Positions 63,014 to 64,000 of a DNA stretch of 64,000 nt are shown here, piece after piece (within the stretch, counting starts at the first letter, position 1; each line of letters starts with the position of its first letter). Location of the stretch: the NCBI RefSeq assembly GCF_001194135.2, contig NC_068989.1:55565820-55629819 (forward strand), written 5' to 3'. The translations under genes were made by a program, and so were the position numbers. The notes beneath the pieces were generated by a model. The model was given only the letters and a program-made list of their open reading frames with translations. It did no database searches and was not told the DNA's origin. The DNA is from Octopus bimaculoides. Lineage: Eukaryota.

Positions 63014-63649
63014 TTAAACAATGACAGGAAAATCACTTTTCTTTTCATAAATATTACCATTGATATAAGTCTAGAGAATTATATCTGCTGTTTTACCTAC
63101 TGCTTAACTTCATTTTACTTTTTTTTTGTTTGTCTTCAACTTCAAAATGAATAAATTTTAAAAAGAAGAGCAAGCTTAAATATATACGTGATACTGAGAT
63201 GATTTATTTCCTTCCTCACCAACTAATAAAAATGCATAATGTTCTTCGGTGCATAACAACAAACATGCTTCCCAGAGAGGTTACAAAGAAGAGGATAACA
63301 TAAAGCAACAAAGATTTAAGTCAATGATTCATTAGAATTATACATAAAGCAAAGAGCTTGGTGGTAAAATTAATGGTTCAATGAAATGATTTTATAGCAT
63401 TTCAGGGTTACCAGTTGAGAAATAAAAATCAGTGAAGCATTCAGCTTAGAATTGGATATGAAGCAATCTTCCTAACTAAAAATCCAACAGGATTACTACA
63501 CACAGGTAAGTGTCGAAAAACAGATAATTGTCTTTCAATTTTTGATGACAGTTTCGGTCTAGTGTAAATTTGTTAGTTCAGCAAGTTCACTCTTGGTAAA
63601 CTGCTGTTTCTACATTACCAACCATAACATAAAATCTATTTTCCAGATT

Positions 63650-64000
63650 GGCTGGCCGAAGGAATCTCTCTCCTTGAAGCAATCCAGAAAAGATTCACAA
63701 AGAAGATCATTTCTTTGCAACTGCTCAAATTCTGGGAAAGGCCGAAACAGCTAAGACTCTACTCCCTGGAGAGAAGGCGGGAGAGGTATGCAGTAATATA
63801 CATCTTGAAGATCCGAGAGGGATTTTGCCAAATTTTAGCACTGAAAACTACACCAACGAGACGACACTGCATAGTGCCAACGATCCCAGCAACGCCATCG
63901 CGCTTCAGGACTAGTTACTGCAACAGCCTGGGTTTCAGGCGACCACAGCTTTTTAATATTTCCCCAAAGAGACTGAGGAATCTGCACGAAGTAGAGGTAG
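63650..64000 (+). mobile_element. 5'-truncated CR1-group LINE C-terminus, running off the window
   Basis: LLEAIQKRFTKKI..FWERPKQLRLYSLERRRERYAVIYILKI..PQLFNIF matches the CR1/L2-type LExVQRRFT..L..L.L.SLE.RR.R motif. Confidence 0.85.

Noticed and set aside
63491-63505. Plus-strand 15-nt microexon GATTACTACACACAG (caacag / gtaagt)
   Set aside because: No pyrimidine tract and no supporting plus-strand exons; compatible with chance.

Overview
AT-rich, repeat-dense eukaryotic DNA with six N-gaps. The SINE/LINE/MITE repertoire looks like an octopus (coleoid cephalopod) genome; this is an inference from repeat recognition, not a database hit. I see no intact protein-coding gene and no prokaryotic-type system (CRISPR, operon). 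Well supported: a full-length but decayed DD34D mariner (56847-58101); decayed LINE fragments (RTE type at 11397-12727, 42130-44130 and 45700-46235; Expander/Rex3-like at 21090-21560 and 61215-61540; CR1-like at 25130-26170 and 63650-64000); a maT-like Tc1/mariner relic (35295-35845); TTAA-flanked piggyBac-type MITEs, one nested in another; Tigger-like and Charlie-like MITEs; three tRNA-headed SINE families; many copies of a shared RTE 3' tail; and many microsatellites. Weakly supported: a chain of short candidate exons for an unidentified minus-strand host gene. The best find is a ~98-bp inverted repeat (39493-39767) whose two arms each fold into a minimal type-I hammerhead ribozyme with a palindromic, dimer-type stem III, as seen in Penelope-like elements and retrozymes. 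Most repeat boundaries were placed by eye and are approximate.
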